DNA of 64,000 bases from Laetmonice hystrix. Its lineage: Eukaryota. The DNA lies in the NCBI GenBank assembly GCA_965235115.1, contig OZ249436.1, positions 2,172,001-2,236,000 of the forward strand, in the 5' to 3' direction. Shown piece by piece: positions 51,547 to 64,000 of the stretch (positions within the stretch are counted from its first letter, which is position 1; each line of letters opens with the position of its first letter). Position numbers and translations under genes: made by a program. The notes beneath the pieces were generated by a model, which was not told where the DNA came from, ran no database searches, and saw only the letters and a list, made by a program, of their open reading frames with translations.

Positions 51547-52229
51547 CAGCTGGACCTGTTCATGAGTTCATAGAGTGAATGACTTGTTTTGAGACGTTCC
51601 ATTCGCCGTCGTCAGGGTAACGGTGTGAAAGGGAGATTGTGCAACAAGACTGTGACTCTAACGAGAGGCGACAGCTTTGATTATTGATAAAGATTCGTGT
51701 TTAATGACCGCGCTTCAGCTGAATTAACTATGGAAGGATTTGCAGCTTCCAGCTTTAATTAACCAAATAAAAACTGGGGACTTTCGAGTACCGTTAACCT
51801 TGCGGTATGGGTTCTTCTGACTTGTATTTCCGCCAAGGAGGGCCCCAAAATGGCGCCTTTTTTTCGGTCATTCCGACGCGCGTCAGACGCCGGCTTTGAT
51901 CAGCGTCCGTTTCAGTGGTCACGTGTCGTGGAACCATTAGCCTTAGAGAACGGTCAGCTCGAGTGACCTGTCCTGATTGACCACCACTGAGATGGTCTCT
52001 CGCGGTCTGCTGGACACGATCCGATGGACGTGAGCCCAGGCGCTTGGTACACGAGAGGGCAGCGGTATGGACCATTGCATCCTGATTAACTTCTCCCGTC
52101 TTCTTAGCCGACAGAGAACAAATATTTTATTTATCAGGAATAGTGTGGGATAAAGGCACTCTGACTTCTTGTCGTCCAGATTCTTGGTTTCAGTACGGTT
52201 CATATCAAGCAGATCGACTGACTAATATC

Positions 52230-53157
52230 TGTTCAAGGTTAGACAGAATCAGAGGTATTCAAAGTTAGACAATATCAGAGGTCTTCAAGGTTAGACAGAA
52301 TCTGAGGTATTCAAGGTTAGACAGTATCAGAGGTCTTCAAGGTTAGACAGTATCAGAGGTCTTCAAGGTTAGACAGTATCAAGTCTGCTCAGGGTTAGAC
52401 AGTATCAGGTCTGCAGCCAAGGTGGGTCCGTTTCTAGAGTAGAAGACAGCCGAGGTGGGGTCCGTTTCTAAAGTAGAAGACAGCCGAGGTGGTGTCCGTT
52501 TCTATAGTAGAAGACAGCCGAGGTGGGGTCCGTTTCTAGAGTAGAAGACAGCCGAGGTGGGGTCCGTTTCTAGAGTAGAAGACAGCCGAGGTGGGGTCCG
52601 TTTCTAGAGTAGAAGACAGCCGAGGTGGGGTCCGTTTCTAGAGTAGAAGACAGCCGAGGTGGGGTCCGTTTCTAGAGTAGAAGACAGCCGAGGTGGGGTC
52701 CGTTTCTACAGTAGAAGACAGCCGAGGTGGGGTCCGTTTCTACAGTAGAAGACAGCCGAGGTGGGGCCCGTTTCTACAGTAGAAGACAGCCGAGGTGGGG
52801 GACCGTTTCTACAGTAGAAGACAGCCGAGGTGGGGAAGCGTTTCTACAGTAGAAGACAGCCGAGGTGGGGTCCGTTTCTACAGTAGAAGACAGCCGAGGT
52901 GGGGTCCGTTTCTACAGTAGAAGACAGCCGAGGTGGGGACCGTTTCTACAGTAGAAGACAGCCGAGGTGGGGGCCGTTTCTACAGTAGAAGACAGCCGAG
53001 GTGGGGGACCGTTTCTACAGTAGAAGACAGCCGAGGTGGGGTCCGTTTCTACAGGAGAAGACAGCCGAGGTGGGGTCCGTTTCTACAGTAGAAGACAGCC
53101 GAGGTGGGGTCCGTTTCTACAGTAGAAGACAGCCGAGGTGGGGTCCGTTTCTACAGT
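52230..53157. repeat. Two abutting minisatellites: about 28-bp unit (52230-52410) and 34-bp unit (52414-53157, about 22 copies)
   Basis: ttcaaggttagacagtatcagaggtc; cagccgaggtggggtccgtttctacagtagaaga. Confidence 0.95.
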
Positions 53158-53778
53158 GACAGGAGGTCATTAAGACGCTGAGGGATTAACCAAGAGTGTT
53201 GTAATCTAACCCTGACACGTATGGCATCCCCGCTAGAGGACCTGACAATGTTTACACCCATACCTGCCGCTAGAGATGTCGACCAGCTCATTTTCTAAGT
53301 AAGTTTTTGACCTTAGAGTACTGAGGCTTTTTTATATTTGAAAATGGCAAACCATTGCGTCGGTTAGTGATATAGTGCGGTTTGTGACAAGGTACGAAAA
53401 ACACCATTTCCGTCATTGTTAACTACAGACACCTTTTTACGGTTCCCTTTCAAGGTATTGCCAGCCGTTTTTTTAATCGAGTGTCCCAAACGTCGTAAAA
53501 GTAGGAGAGAAAGTGGTGTTTCCCAGAATGCTCTCTGACCGTTATTTATGACCAACACGGAAGTGTTTGTTCTATGATAAGTGCTGTGCCAGTATTGGCT
53601 GTTGTGGTCGGCCTCACGTGGACGAAACGTGAATGTATTAGAGATAGGTTGTCATATTGTAAGGACCACATGTTATGATAGTAATCGGGCTATCTGGGGT
53701 AGATTTATGGAGTCCTTGCACATGGAGAGCGGGGATTATCGCGGATAGAACCGGCCACATGAGGCGGTACGTGGAACC

Positions 53779-53989
53779 GGGCCCTATCCACTAAGCCGAT
53801 ATTTCCTGCGACGCCCATGCGATTTTGACATCACCCTTTTATTTTACTGTTATTTTGAGATTAAAGGATGGAACCCATTTTCTTAAACAGGGAAGGCCAC
53901 CCAGGAAAAATATAGGCATGAAATTCCACCATTAAATCAAAAATCGCATGGCCGTCGCAAGTGGAATCGGCTTAGTGGATTGCAGAACT
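53779..53989. mobile_element. Second, diverged and inverted copy of the 5611 MITE family
   Basis: Interior matches the reverse complement of 5611-5821 (gcgattttgacatcacccttttattttactgt...gatggaacccattt); its own IR is atccactaagccgat / atcggcttagtggat. Confidence 0.85.
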
Positions 53990-55326
53990 GATACATGGAA
54001 CCGGTACATGGAACCGGTAGATGAACCCGGTACATGGAACCGATACATGGAAACCGGTACGGCTATGGTTGGACGTATAGTTAAAAAAAGAAAAATATTT
54101 CATTCTATATATTAGAATATAATAGTGACATTTGATATTTTAATGATTTCTACCCAAAACCAACTACTCAGATGGCGTTTTTACCTGGGAAAGCATGCAT
54201 CCTTCTGCATTTTTCATTTTTGTTCAGTATGGCCAACCATACCAAACTCGGTATCTGGCCGGGCGAACCAGTGTATATGGCCCAGTAACAGTGTAAGCGT
54301 AGCTCAACCAACATGGTCGAGTGCTGTTAGCACTATTGTTTTGGTTGCACACAATAATTCAGAGTTATTGCTCAGAAAGCTGAACCTGACAGTACTTTGG
54401 CAGGTTGGTTTCAGTATCGATTCTTAAAGCTGGTCCACACTCCATGAAAACATGCTTCAAGTGAGCAAGGTTAGTTATATTTCAACAATCAGCAAGTCCA
54501 ACTGAGGTGTGAAATGCATTTTGCGCTTGGCTAGCAGCATGTGTGGGCCGAGATTGGTGGTTCTTGAGAACCCCCGGCGGTAGGAAGGCATTCATGAATA
54601 TTCTACCATTCAACAACCTGGACGATCTGCCATGGCTGGGATGTGGAGAGTTTAGGGCTGGGTGGGCTGTTTGATCAGATACGGGGACGCCTATGGCGCC
54701 TACTGGATGACGCTACGGTAGGCGTCGGCCCACCGTGGGAGGGGGTCACTCCGTGAGGTTTGGGGCGCTTCTGATCACATCGACAGTTTGATATGAAGCA
54801 ACCACGTGGTTGGATGTAGGAGGTCCCTGGGCAGGGGTTCCGGCCGGGCTGACCCTCCCCGCCCCCGGGCCCGGCCCCCCCGGACCCCGCCCACCGGCTA
54901 TGATGAATGGCCCCTCCGGGAACCCCCGCCTGGTACCTCTCGGTGTTTGAACGTCTGCCGTCCAATCACTTCATCAACAACCAATCTATCACCTCCTTCA
55001 TCTACCACACATAAAGAATGACACCAAATATTACAATACAAACAACAGGCAGAATTATATGCATGACAAACTCTGGCTTCTCTTAGTCGTTAAATTTAAC
55101 TTTTCAAGTGGATGGCAAATACTTTATCTGATTTTTAATCCCTTTAATCTGGATTATCTTTTAAATTCCACAAGAGCAGCCAGGGCCGTACAACTGGGTG
55201 TGTGTGTGGGGGGGGGGGGGGAGGGCTACGTCAGCCCCTAGTGCCGTGTTGACTGAGGAAATCTCTAAAATTTCTACGTGTAGGGGGATACAGGCCTCCG
55301 CATAATTTCTGTAGATATATGGGGGG

Positions 55327-56162
55327 GATTTCATACTTGGTATGTACTCCGTCACCCCTCCGTCGATACGGGTCTACATACCAAGATTTCATACCTGGTA
55401 TGTACTCCGTCACCCCTCCGTCGATACGGGTCTACATACCAAGATTTCATACTTGGTATGTACTCCGTCACCCCTCCGTCGATACGGGTCTACATACCAA
55501 GATTTCATACCTGGTATGTACTCCGTCACCCCTCCGTCGATACGGGTCTACATAACAAGATTTCATACCTGGTATGTACTCCGTCACCCCTCCGTCGATA
55601 CGGGTCTACATACCAAGATTTCATACCTGGTATGTACTCCGTCACCCCTCCGTCGATACGGGTCTACAACAAAAATTTCATACCTGGTATGTACTCCGTC
55701 ACCCCTCCGTCGATACGGATCTCCATACCAAGATTTCATACCTGGTATGTACTCCGTCACCCCTCCGTCGATGCGGGTCTACAGACCAAGATTTCATACC
55801 TGGTATGTACTCCGTCACCCCTCCGTCGATACAGGTGTACATACCAAGATTTCATACCTGGTATGTACTCCGTCACCCCTCCGTCGATACGGGTCTACAT
55901 GCCAAGATTTCATACCTGGTATGTACTCCGTCACCCCTCCGTCGATGCGGGTCTACAGACCAAGATTTCATACCTGGTATGTACTCCGTCACCCCCCGTC
56001 GATACAGGTGTACATACCAAGATTTCATACCTGGTATGTACTCCGTCACCCTTCCGTCGATACGGGTCTACATACCAAGATTTCATACCTGGTATGTACT
56101 CCGTCACCCCTCCGTCGATACGGGTGTACATACCAAGATTTCATACCTGGTATGTACTCCGT
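55327..56162. repeat. Minisatellite, 58-bp unit, about 14 copies
   Basis: gatttcatacctggtatgtactccgtcacccctccgtcgatacgggtctacataccaa. Confidence 0.96.
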
Positions 56163-56825
56163 GACTCCGTTTTTGCAGATGTAAAACCATTGTAAACTTA
56201 ATTAATATGATGATTAATTCAGATTTTTTAAATCTCATGTAAGAAAGACTTAAATGTTATATCGAACTCTCTTTCCTCTGAATTTCGAGTTTATAGTGAA
56301 TTGCAGACTCATGACAAAGCGGTAAAACGAAGGGAGAGGCACTGGAGAAGAAAAAGTAAACATTTAATCAATTTATGTAAATAAAGAACGATGTTATTGT
56401 GATGCTGTCTTGTAGAAAGAAAAAAAGTTTGGAGATAAATTCTTGTCTCTTTCACTGCTGAGAACATCCTTTCAAAGTGGAGGTCTCGAATATTTTCCTC
56501 TTGTAAAAACCTGTGTCTGTCGGAGAAAGGTGATATGGGCAGGCGTACTGAATACTAAACTAGAGAGATTTATCTTGAACTCTTACAGAGACTAAGGAGA
56601 AGTAGGTAGGTGGGTGGAATCAAGGTGTCCCTGTCTCATGCCGAGTGGAGAGCTGTGAGATGTCGGTAGCAGGGTAAACAGCGATGAATAGATCGTAGTC
56701 GAGCTGTCTGATTAGGACCAATGTGAGAGGCAGGGAATAGAAGCGATTAGAGGCGGCAGTGTTCACAGTGTTAGAGCTGAGGTTAAAGTTTAAACTGGCT
56801 GTCTATCTTAGGCAGAGGGGACGGC

Positions 56826-58148
56826 CCACACACTGTCCCACCCACTGTCCCACCCACACACTATTCCACACGCTGTCCCACACACTGTCCCACACACTGT
56901 CCCACCCACACACTATTCCACACGCTGTCCCACATACTGTCCCACACACTATCCCACACACTATCCCAAACCGTCCCACACTCTGTCCCACACTCTGTCC
57001 CACACTCTGTCCCACACACTGTCCCACATACTGTCCCACACACTATCCCACACTGTCCCACACACTGTCCCACACACTGTCCCACACACTGTCCCACACA
57101 CTATCCCAAACTGTCCCACACACTGTCCCACACTCTGTCCCACACACTATCCCACATACTGTCCCACACACTATCCCAAACTGTCCCGCACACTGTCCCA
57201 CACACTGTCCCACCCACACACTATTCCACACGCTGTTCCACACACTATCCCACACACTGTCCCACACTCTGTCCCACACACTATCCCACACACTGTTCCA
57301 CACACTGTCCCACACACTATCCCAAACTGTCCCACACACTGTCCCAGACACTGTCCCACACACTATCCCAAACTGTCCCACACACTGTCCCACACACTAT
57401 CCCAAACTGTCCCACACACTGTCCCAGACACTGTCCCACACACTATCCCAAACTGTCCCACACACTGTCCCACACACTATCCCAAACTGTCCCACACACT
57501 GTCCCACACACTATCCCAAACTGTCCCACACACTGTCCCACACACTATCCCAAACTGTCCCACACACTGTCCCAGACACTATCCCAAACTGTCCCACACA
57601 CTGTCCCACACACTATCCCAAACTGTCCCACACACTGTCCCAGACACTATCCCAAACTGTCCCACACACTGTCCCAGACACTATCCCAAACTGTCCCACA
57701 CACTATCCCACATACTATCCCAAACTGTCCCACACACTGTCCCACACACTATCCCAAACTGTCCCACACACTGTCCCAGACACTGTCCCACACACTATCC
57801 CAAACTGTCCCACACACTGTCCCACACACTGTCCCACACTCTGTCCCACACTCTGTCCCACACACTGTCCCACACACTATCCCACACACTGTCCCACACA
57901 CTATCCCAAACTGTCCCACACACTGTCCCACACTCTGTCCCACACACTGTCCCACACACTATCCCACACACTGTCCCACACTCTGTCCCACACACTATCC
58001 CACATACTGTCCCACACACTGTCCCAAACTGTCCCACACACTATCCCACATACTGTCCCACACACTGTCCCAAACTGTCCCAAACTGTCCCACACTCTGT
58101 CCCACACACTATCCCAAACTGTCCCACATACTGTCCCACACACTGCCC
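56826..58148. repeat. Compound 10/12-bp satellite (cacactgtccca / aactgtccca / cacactatccca)
   Basis: About 1.3 kb of interleaved short variants. Confidence 0.96.
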
Positions 58149-59018
58149 AGAGCTGTGAACTCTGGGCACGGCTAGGCCAGCGTGAAATGACCCTGTCTGA
58201 ATCGGTATGCATAGGTTGGAAATTGGTCCGTGTGGAAGTTATCTTTGGTGTTGACATCGTGACGAGGGATGCCCGCAGTGAGCAGGCAGCAGACGGTAGG
58301 CCTACAATTAAATATGATTCATTGAGAAACATGTTCTGAATCCAGCCAGCTTTCTACAAATACCTAAATCTAGATCATGAGGGATGTTTGTGATACTAGC
58401 TGTAGGAATACAGAACTACATAGAGTAAGTTTTCCAGTCGGCGATCTACCTTATAAAGGGAGTTGAGGGAGAATGAACGACAACAATACTTGAGGAATTA
58501 TGTTGATCAGAATGTTGATGTAGAGTGATGCGATGTTATTAGATTAAACTCGAATTCTTGTCTGAGTTTACATAAAGTGTAAGATAGCATATAACCTCTT
58601 GAGACCAGCTCAGTGGCGACTTGCCGACCTTGCTGAGATGAATCGTTCAGGAGGTACCTTTGTGGCCGAGTCCAGAGTAGGCAAGTCACAGGGGAAATCT
58701 CTGGTAGGTAAACTGCCGACCATGATGGGGTGCGATTCGTTCCATGGGGTTACAAACCACAATAACATCATAACTCTCCAGTGACAACTGAAATATTGTC
58801 GGCAGTTGGACGTGTAGACGTAGAGTACATCGATCCATGTTTAGGTGGTCCGGGAAAGGGAGAAAAACAAACAGATAAAAGTAGTGATGATTTGACCCAG
58901 CATGCAATTATTGAAACGCTGGGCACTGATATAGGACGGGCAGACCCATGGGGTAAGGAGACTGGCGATGGGGGATGGAAGTTTTAGCTAAGCTGGATAT
59001 CGTCGATCAGAACTGGTA

Positions 59019-59630
59019 GGGGCGCTGACACCCTTCAAACTCTGCCTCTCAGAACGATTGGTGAAAGGGGCGCTGACACCCTTCAAACTCGGCCTCTCAG
59101 GACGACTGGTGAAAGGGGCGACGACACCCTTCAAACTCGGCCTCTCAGAACGACTGGTGAAAGGGGCGCTGACACCCTTCAAACTCTGCCTCTCAGAACG
59201 ATTGGTGAAAGGGGCGCTGACACCCTTCAAACTCTGCCTCTCAGAACGATTGGTGAAAGGGGCGCTGACACCCTTCAAACTCGGCCTCTCAGAACGATTG
59301 GTGAAAGGGGCGCTGACACCCTTCAAACTCGGCCTCTCAGAACGATTGGTTAAAGGGACGCTGACACCCTTCAAACTCGGCCTCTCAGAACGATTGGTGA
59401 AAGGGGCGCCGACACCCTTTAAACTCGGCCTCTCAGAACGATTGGTGAAAGGGGCACCGACACCCTTCAAACTCGGCCTCTCAGAACGATTGGTGAAAGG
59501 GGCACCGACACCCTTCAAACTCGGCCTCTCAGAACGATTGGTGAAAGGGGCACCGACACCCTTCAAACTCGGCCTCTCAGAACGATTGGTGAAAGGGACG
59601 CCGACACCCTTTAAACTGCCTTTCAGAACG
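59019..59630. repeat. Minisatellite, 60-bp unit, about 10 copies
   Basis: ggggcgctgacacccttcaaactcggcctctcagaacgattggtgaaa... Confidence 0.95.
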
Positions 59631-62600
59631 GCTAAAGTCTCAGAGCCTCTCTGGTTGGTGAAAGGCCATCTTGGCCAATGGGAGCCGTGCATCTAGATCA
59701 CAGGTAGAACTCGACAAAACGCCAAATGTTCGCCTTGTTGAGGGCAAAGTGGATTGCTGTGTTTCGGTTGGCAGAGCTGGTGGTGACACCTGGCGGGAGG
59801 ATTCCCCAGCCAGGTAGCCGGAACGGATCAATACGAGAGAGACGAGAAATGGCACGAGAACGGAGTGATCCCCGTATACCACTGGCCTCCTACTCCTCAT
59901 TATGCATGCCGAGTGAACAGGCCAGCCTCCCGCGGCCCTTCACCCTGCTACCACGGCTGGGATAAGGACGGTTGACATTCCACCACCGGGGCCGCAGTTC
60001 ACCACTAAACCCGGAGACCAGCCAGCCAACCAGCCATCCCGCAAGCAGAGACTGCAGCGGCGGTGTCGGCACTGAAGACATGCCCCGTCACTGCTGGTCT
60101 ATGGTGACATAGTCACATGCAAACCTGCCAGCACTGCATTAGGGGCAGGCAGTCTGTTAGTCGTTCACTGACTGGCATCCGTTATGTAGATCGAGAGAAG
60201 GAGGAGAGAGAGAGAGTCGATGGCAGCAGTAGCACCAGTGGCGGCCGCAGCAGCAGCAGCAGGAACAGCCAGCGTGCGCGGATTCCAAAAGACAGCCCTG
60301 TAGTGGAATGGGTGCTCTATGTAAAGGACGTGCCGTGGAGCAGTAACATGTAACCGTCGTACAAGAGTCTGCAGGGTTCCTGGAACATGTAACCGTCGTA
60401 CAAAGGTCTGCAGGGTTCCTGGGCAGGAACCAACTCCTATAGACGGCAGACCATCCGTGACACGGGCAATCCGTGACAGTCATCACAGATCGTGAAGACG
60501 TGACAGAGGATTATTGTCAACTGAAGAACAATCGTGTGGCGGCAGCAGCCGTGAGAGCCGGGCTCACGCGGGACCTGCAGCTTCTATAGAGTCTATCCGG
60601 TGGGTCTAACCTAGATAGTGTGAGGTCAACCCACACTCGCATCCTGTGAACGGTCAACTGATGGACGGTGGGGGCAAACAAGGCAGCCAGGTGACAACGG
60701 TCGGTGACAGCCGCTAGTACTGTTAACTCGACCGTCGTGGTGGTCTAACTGTAATCGCGACCGTCGTGGTGGTCGGTGGTAGGAACCGCCGCCAGCCGGG
60801 CTGGCCGACCGACCGACTGTCCGACACCGGAGTGTCGCCGGCGGGCCGTGCGACACGTCGCCGGGACTGTGATTCGTAAGGCGATGGTCGCGACAACTGT
60901 TCAACTGTGAAATCAGCGTCCCCAACCACTGCAGGCCAGCAAGGCATTACCCGGCCCTCCATGGATGGTACACTGCCTCCCCAGCCCACCCCTCCATGGA
61001 TGGTACTCTGCTAACATGCAATACTCCCTAATCTAAGCGGATCCAGAAATGGGCGAGCGATACATTATTTATGAAAACTCTTTATTTTGTCAATGGAAAT
61101 GTGTGCATGAACTGCCAGCCAAGGGAAAGTGCTCTGGCTGCAAGTATACACTGGAGAAGAGTGCATGTTTAGAACGAGTGCGTCAGACCGTTGTAGTAGG
61201 TGAACTGAGTCAGTCATTGCTCCGGGCGGGCTGAAGACCAGAGAACATATTACCACCGTACGGCCTGGACTCGGTTTGAACATGAACGGCGATCAGTACT
61301 CCTGCACCTGCTGCAATATTGGATCAGACGGAACACTGAACAGTGGGGATCAGTGGCTCGCGATGGAAGCAGGCCCAGTTTGATTGAATATCTCAAGGAC
61401 ACCTGCCTTTGAATTGGCATGATCTGATGCCATTATTGATGTTTATACACATCATCTCCAGACTAGCTGAACTTGACCCAGGCCGTAATAAGCAAAGCCC
61501 ATGAGGTCAGAAGAATTATAGTGAAGTGATTAGTTCAACCACAGACTTTGGCTGCTGTCCAGACATCGGCCTGGAGAAGGGCGTGGTCATTCTAACGGAT
61601 GTGGTGTCAATATTGTGAAGGTTGTCCATCAGATCAGAGCACCAAGAATGTGCGTGTGACGCCCCTCCATGACCTTTGACCTGTGATCGGAGGGTAGGCG
61701 GGCAGGACCAGTATCCGGCAGGGCTCTCCCCACTGACAACCCCCTCCAGGCGGTGTACAGTGGTGGTGGGCGGCACTCAAAGCCGCTCACAGAGGCCGCG
61801 GTCACGCAACCTCTACCAGCAGCTACTGGAGCAGAAAGGCGTACGTCACAGCAAGCATACCGCACCTGACTTATACCACACCTGACAAATGAAGGCTTTT
61901 ACCCAATCAACCACGCAACCCATTGCTGCTGTTTCTCTGGCCACATCTCTCTGATCGGATCAAACGTCGTTTTCCTCCAGTCTCTCTTTAGATATCTTAC
62001 ATGGGAGAGCGTAACACCGAATCCAAGACCTTTGATCTACTCGGCAGACAGTAGTGGTTCCGTAGCCAAGGCCCCGTTATCAAAGGATTCTATTAGAGTG
62101 ATATGCTGGCATTGTTATCGACTGTGCTATAAATAGAGTTGGCAATGAGTGAAACTATATGATCCTAAGCTGGCCCAGTGAGGCGATACCGTTACGTCTT
62201 TTCCATTAGCCATCAAAAAGATCAAATCGGAACCTCGAGGGAAGAGAGGGAATAAACATCGATATATGTGTGTGAACCAGAAGACAGAAGTGGGATGGCG
62301 AGTGGCAGCATGTGATAGAAGTCTGTGGTGATGTACCAGAGACAAGGGGGTAGTGAGAATGTACTAGATCAAGCCTAGGGTGATGTCCTGGATGGCGTGT
62401 GGCAGCATGTGTTAGAAGTCTGTGGTGATGTCACAGAGACAAGGGGGTAGTGAGAATGTACTAGACCAAGCCTAGGGTGACGTCCTGTACACGAGTGTTT
62501 CATGATACAGTCGGACACAGAGGACCTACTGATGTAATAAAGGGCTTTGTGACTGTGCTAATGATGCTTCTTCAGCCGGTTGAAGGAGCTTGCCCTGCCT

Positions 62601-64000
62601 GACACCAAGACTGAGACCGCCGGGGACAAGCAAGTAATGGGAAGTCTGTATTAATTGATGCCGGGCTGTATCAGTGTCAAGGATACGGGCCGGTGTAGGT
62701 GAGGAACACACCCGGAGATTGGTAGGCTGGTCACAGTGAGCAGGCTTACATCAGCGAACTCCTGTCCAGATATCGTCGCGTGAAACCTCCTGTAGCAGTA
62801 ATATGTTAATGGCCACATAACAGACAGACGGAGTGTTAGAGTCCTGCATTGAGTGGTTGACCCGGGTTTCACCTCCAGTAGGCCGCTGTGACCCTATCTT
62901 ACTCACACAGTTGTACGAGGAAAGACTTGTTGCATTGTGAAATATTCGGCAGGTGGTCACTTGTAGTGAAGAGGTCCCACAGGGTCGGACAGTGGTCACT
63001 TTAATATTGGACCCACAGTGGACACCGCCTCCATGGTGGCGCCCCATAGAGGCGTCGTTTGTGTGGATGCTGGATGAAGCGCCGGAGGTGTAATCCCATG
63101 GAGTGATTCATGAGAGGGACGCTGGGAGGATGGAGCAAGGGCGGGAGTGACTGATGGTCACATCTATTGGATCAATGCCCCCAGGGAGAGTCACATCTGA
63201 CAGACTGTAGCCAGGAAATATACATGCCTACTTAACAGGCGCAGCTGGGGCAATGTACATTTCACTGGTGAGAATATCTGGTAACGTTCAGCGGTCGTAG
63301 GCCTAGTTTGAATCTTTCCACTGGGTCGTAGCAGCTTCCATTCATTCCAGTAATAAGACCAATCATAGCACAAGGCCGCCCAGTGAGACCACGGTGGCTA
63401 CGGTCACCAATTACATTTGGGTCATCAGCCGCAGACTGGGCTCTTTGGTAATTGGCTTGGCTTCGTTTTGCGGCGGTCCCAAATGGTACCGCTGATGTAG
63501 GCGACTAACATGGCGATTGCCTGCAGCCGGCCATTGCATCACGGTGGTAGAAAAATGGTCACCGACCGGATTCGTCTAATGGATGTTGTTTTAGACGTGA
63601 GTGGATCATTCCGTATCTGGATACAGTACATACAGCAATAGCTATATCATGGCGCCAGGATGGTACTCGATCCGGGCTAGGTCTCCAGTGTGACGTCATA
63701 TACTGGAGGAGAACGCAGGATGTCAGTGGACGACTCGAGGATCGGTTATAATCACAGCCAGTGGTCCACTACAAACATCAGCCGGACGTAGCTCAACTAG
63801 AATCTCCTCATAGACACACGGAGACGACCGTTTTATTGTGCGAGCCGCCAGTCTCGCTCACAGCTTCAATTCACATAGAACGAGGGCAAGTCTTTGTGGA
63901 GACTAACCTGATTCACACAGTTGTCAACATAATGGCATGAATTCCGCGCGTTCTACACAAGAAGTTTAAACAGAAGGAGACTGCAATCGGAACCGTAGTG

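Noticed and set aside
56759..59696. Long His/Thr/Pro-rich and 20-aa-repeat ORFs
   Set aside because: These arise from stop-free tandem repeats with several frames or both strands open, with no exon evidence. The same applies to the ORFs at 3907, 9128, 40230 and 55342.

Overview
Animal (eukaryotic) genomic DNA, probably from an invertebrate such as a mollusc (inference only). The window lies inside one large + strand gene. Four phase-compatible exons (5114-5194, 6518-7219, 9003-9104, 18534-18693) splice into one reading frame ending in SPARIRWIGAFQKVCAKLNE, which matches the 1-5-8 calmodulin-binding motif of Unc13/Munc13. This is therefore most likely the N-terminal linker region of unc-13; I could not find the C1, C2B or MUN exons in the window. 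A fifth exon (22372-22789) has the same entry and exit phases as the CaM exon, so it is either a mutually exclusive alternative or part of an alternative N-terminus. The rest is intron. By rough hand tally about 40% of the window is made of more than 30 unrelated minisatellite arrays. There are about ten non-autonomous DNA transposons (PIF/Harbinger-, Tc1/mariner-, hAT- and MULE-like, plus one hairpin-ended element), a LINE 3' remnant, and several CpG-rich or CTCF-motif patches that may mark internal promoters or boundaries. Most ORFs in the supplied track are read-throughs of tandem repeats. Array boundaries and copy numbers are approximate.
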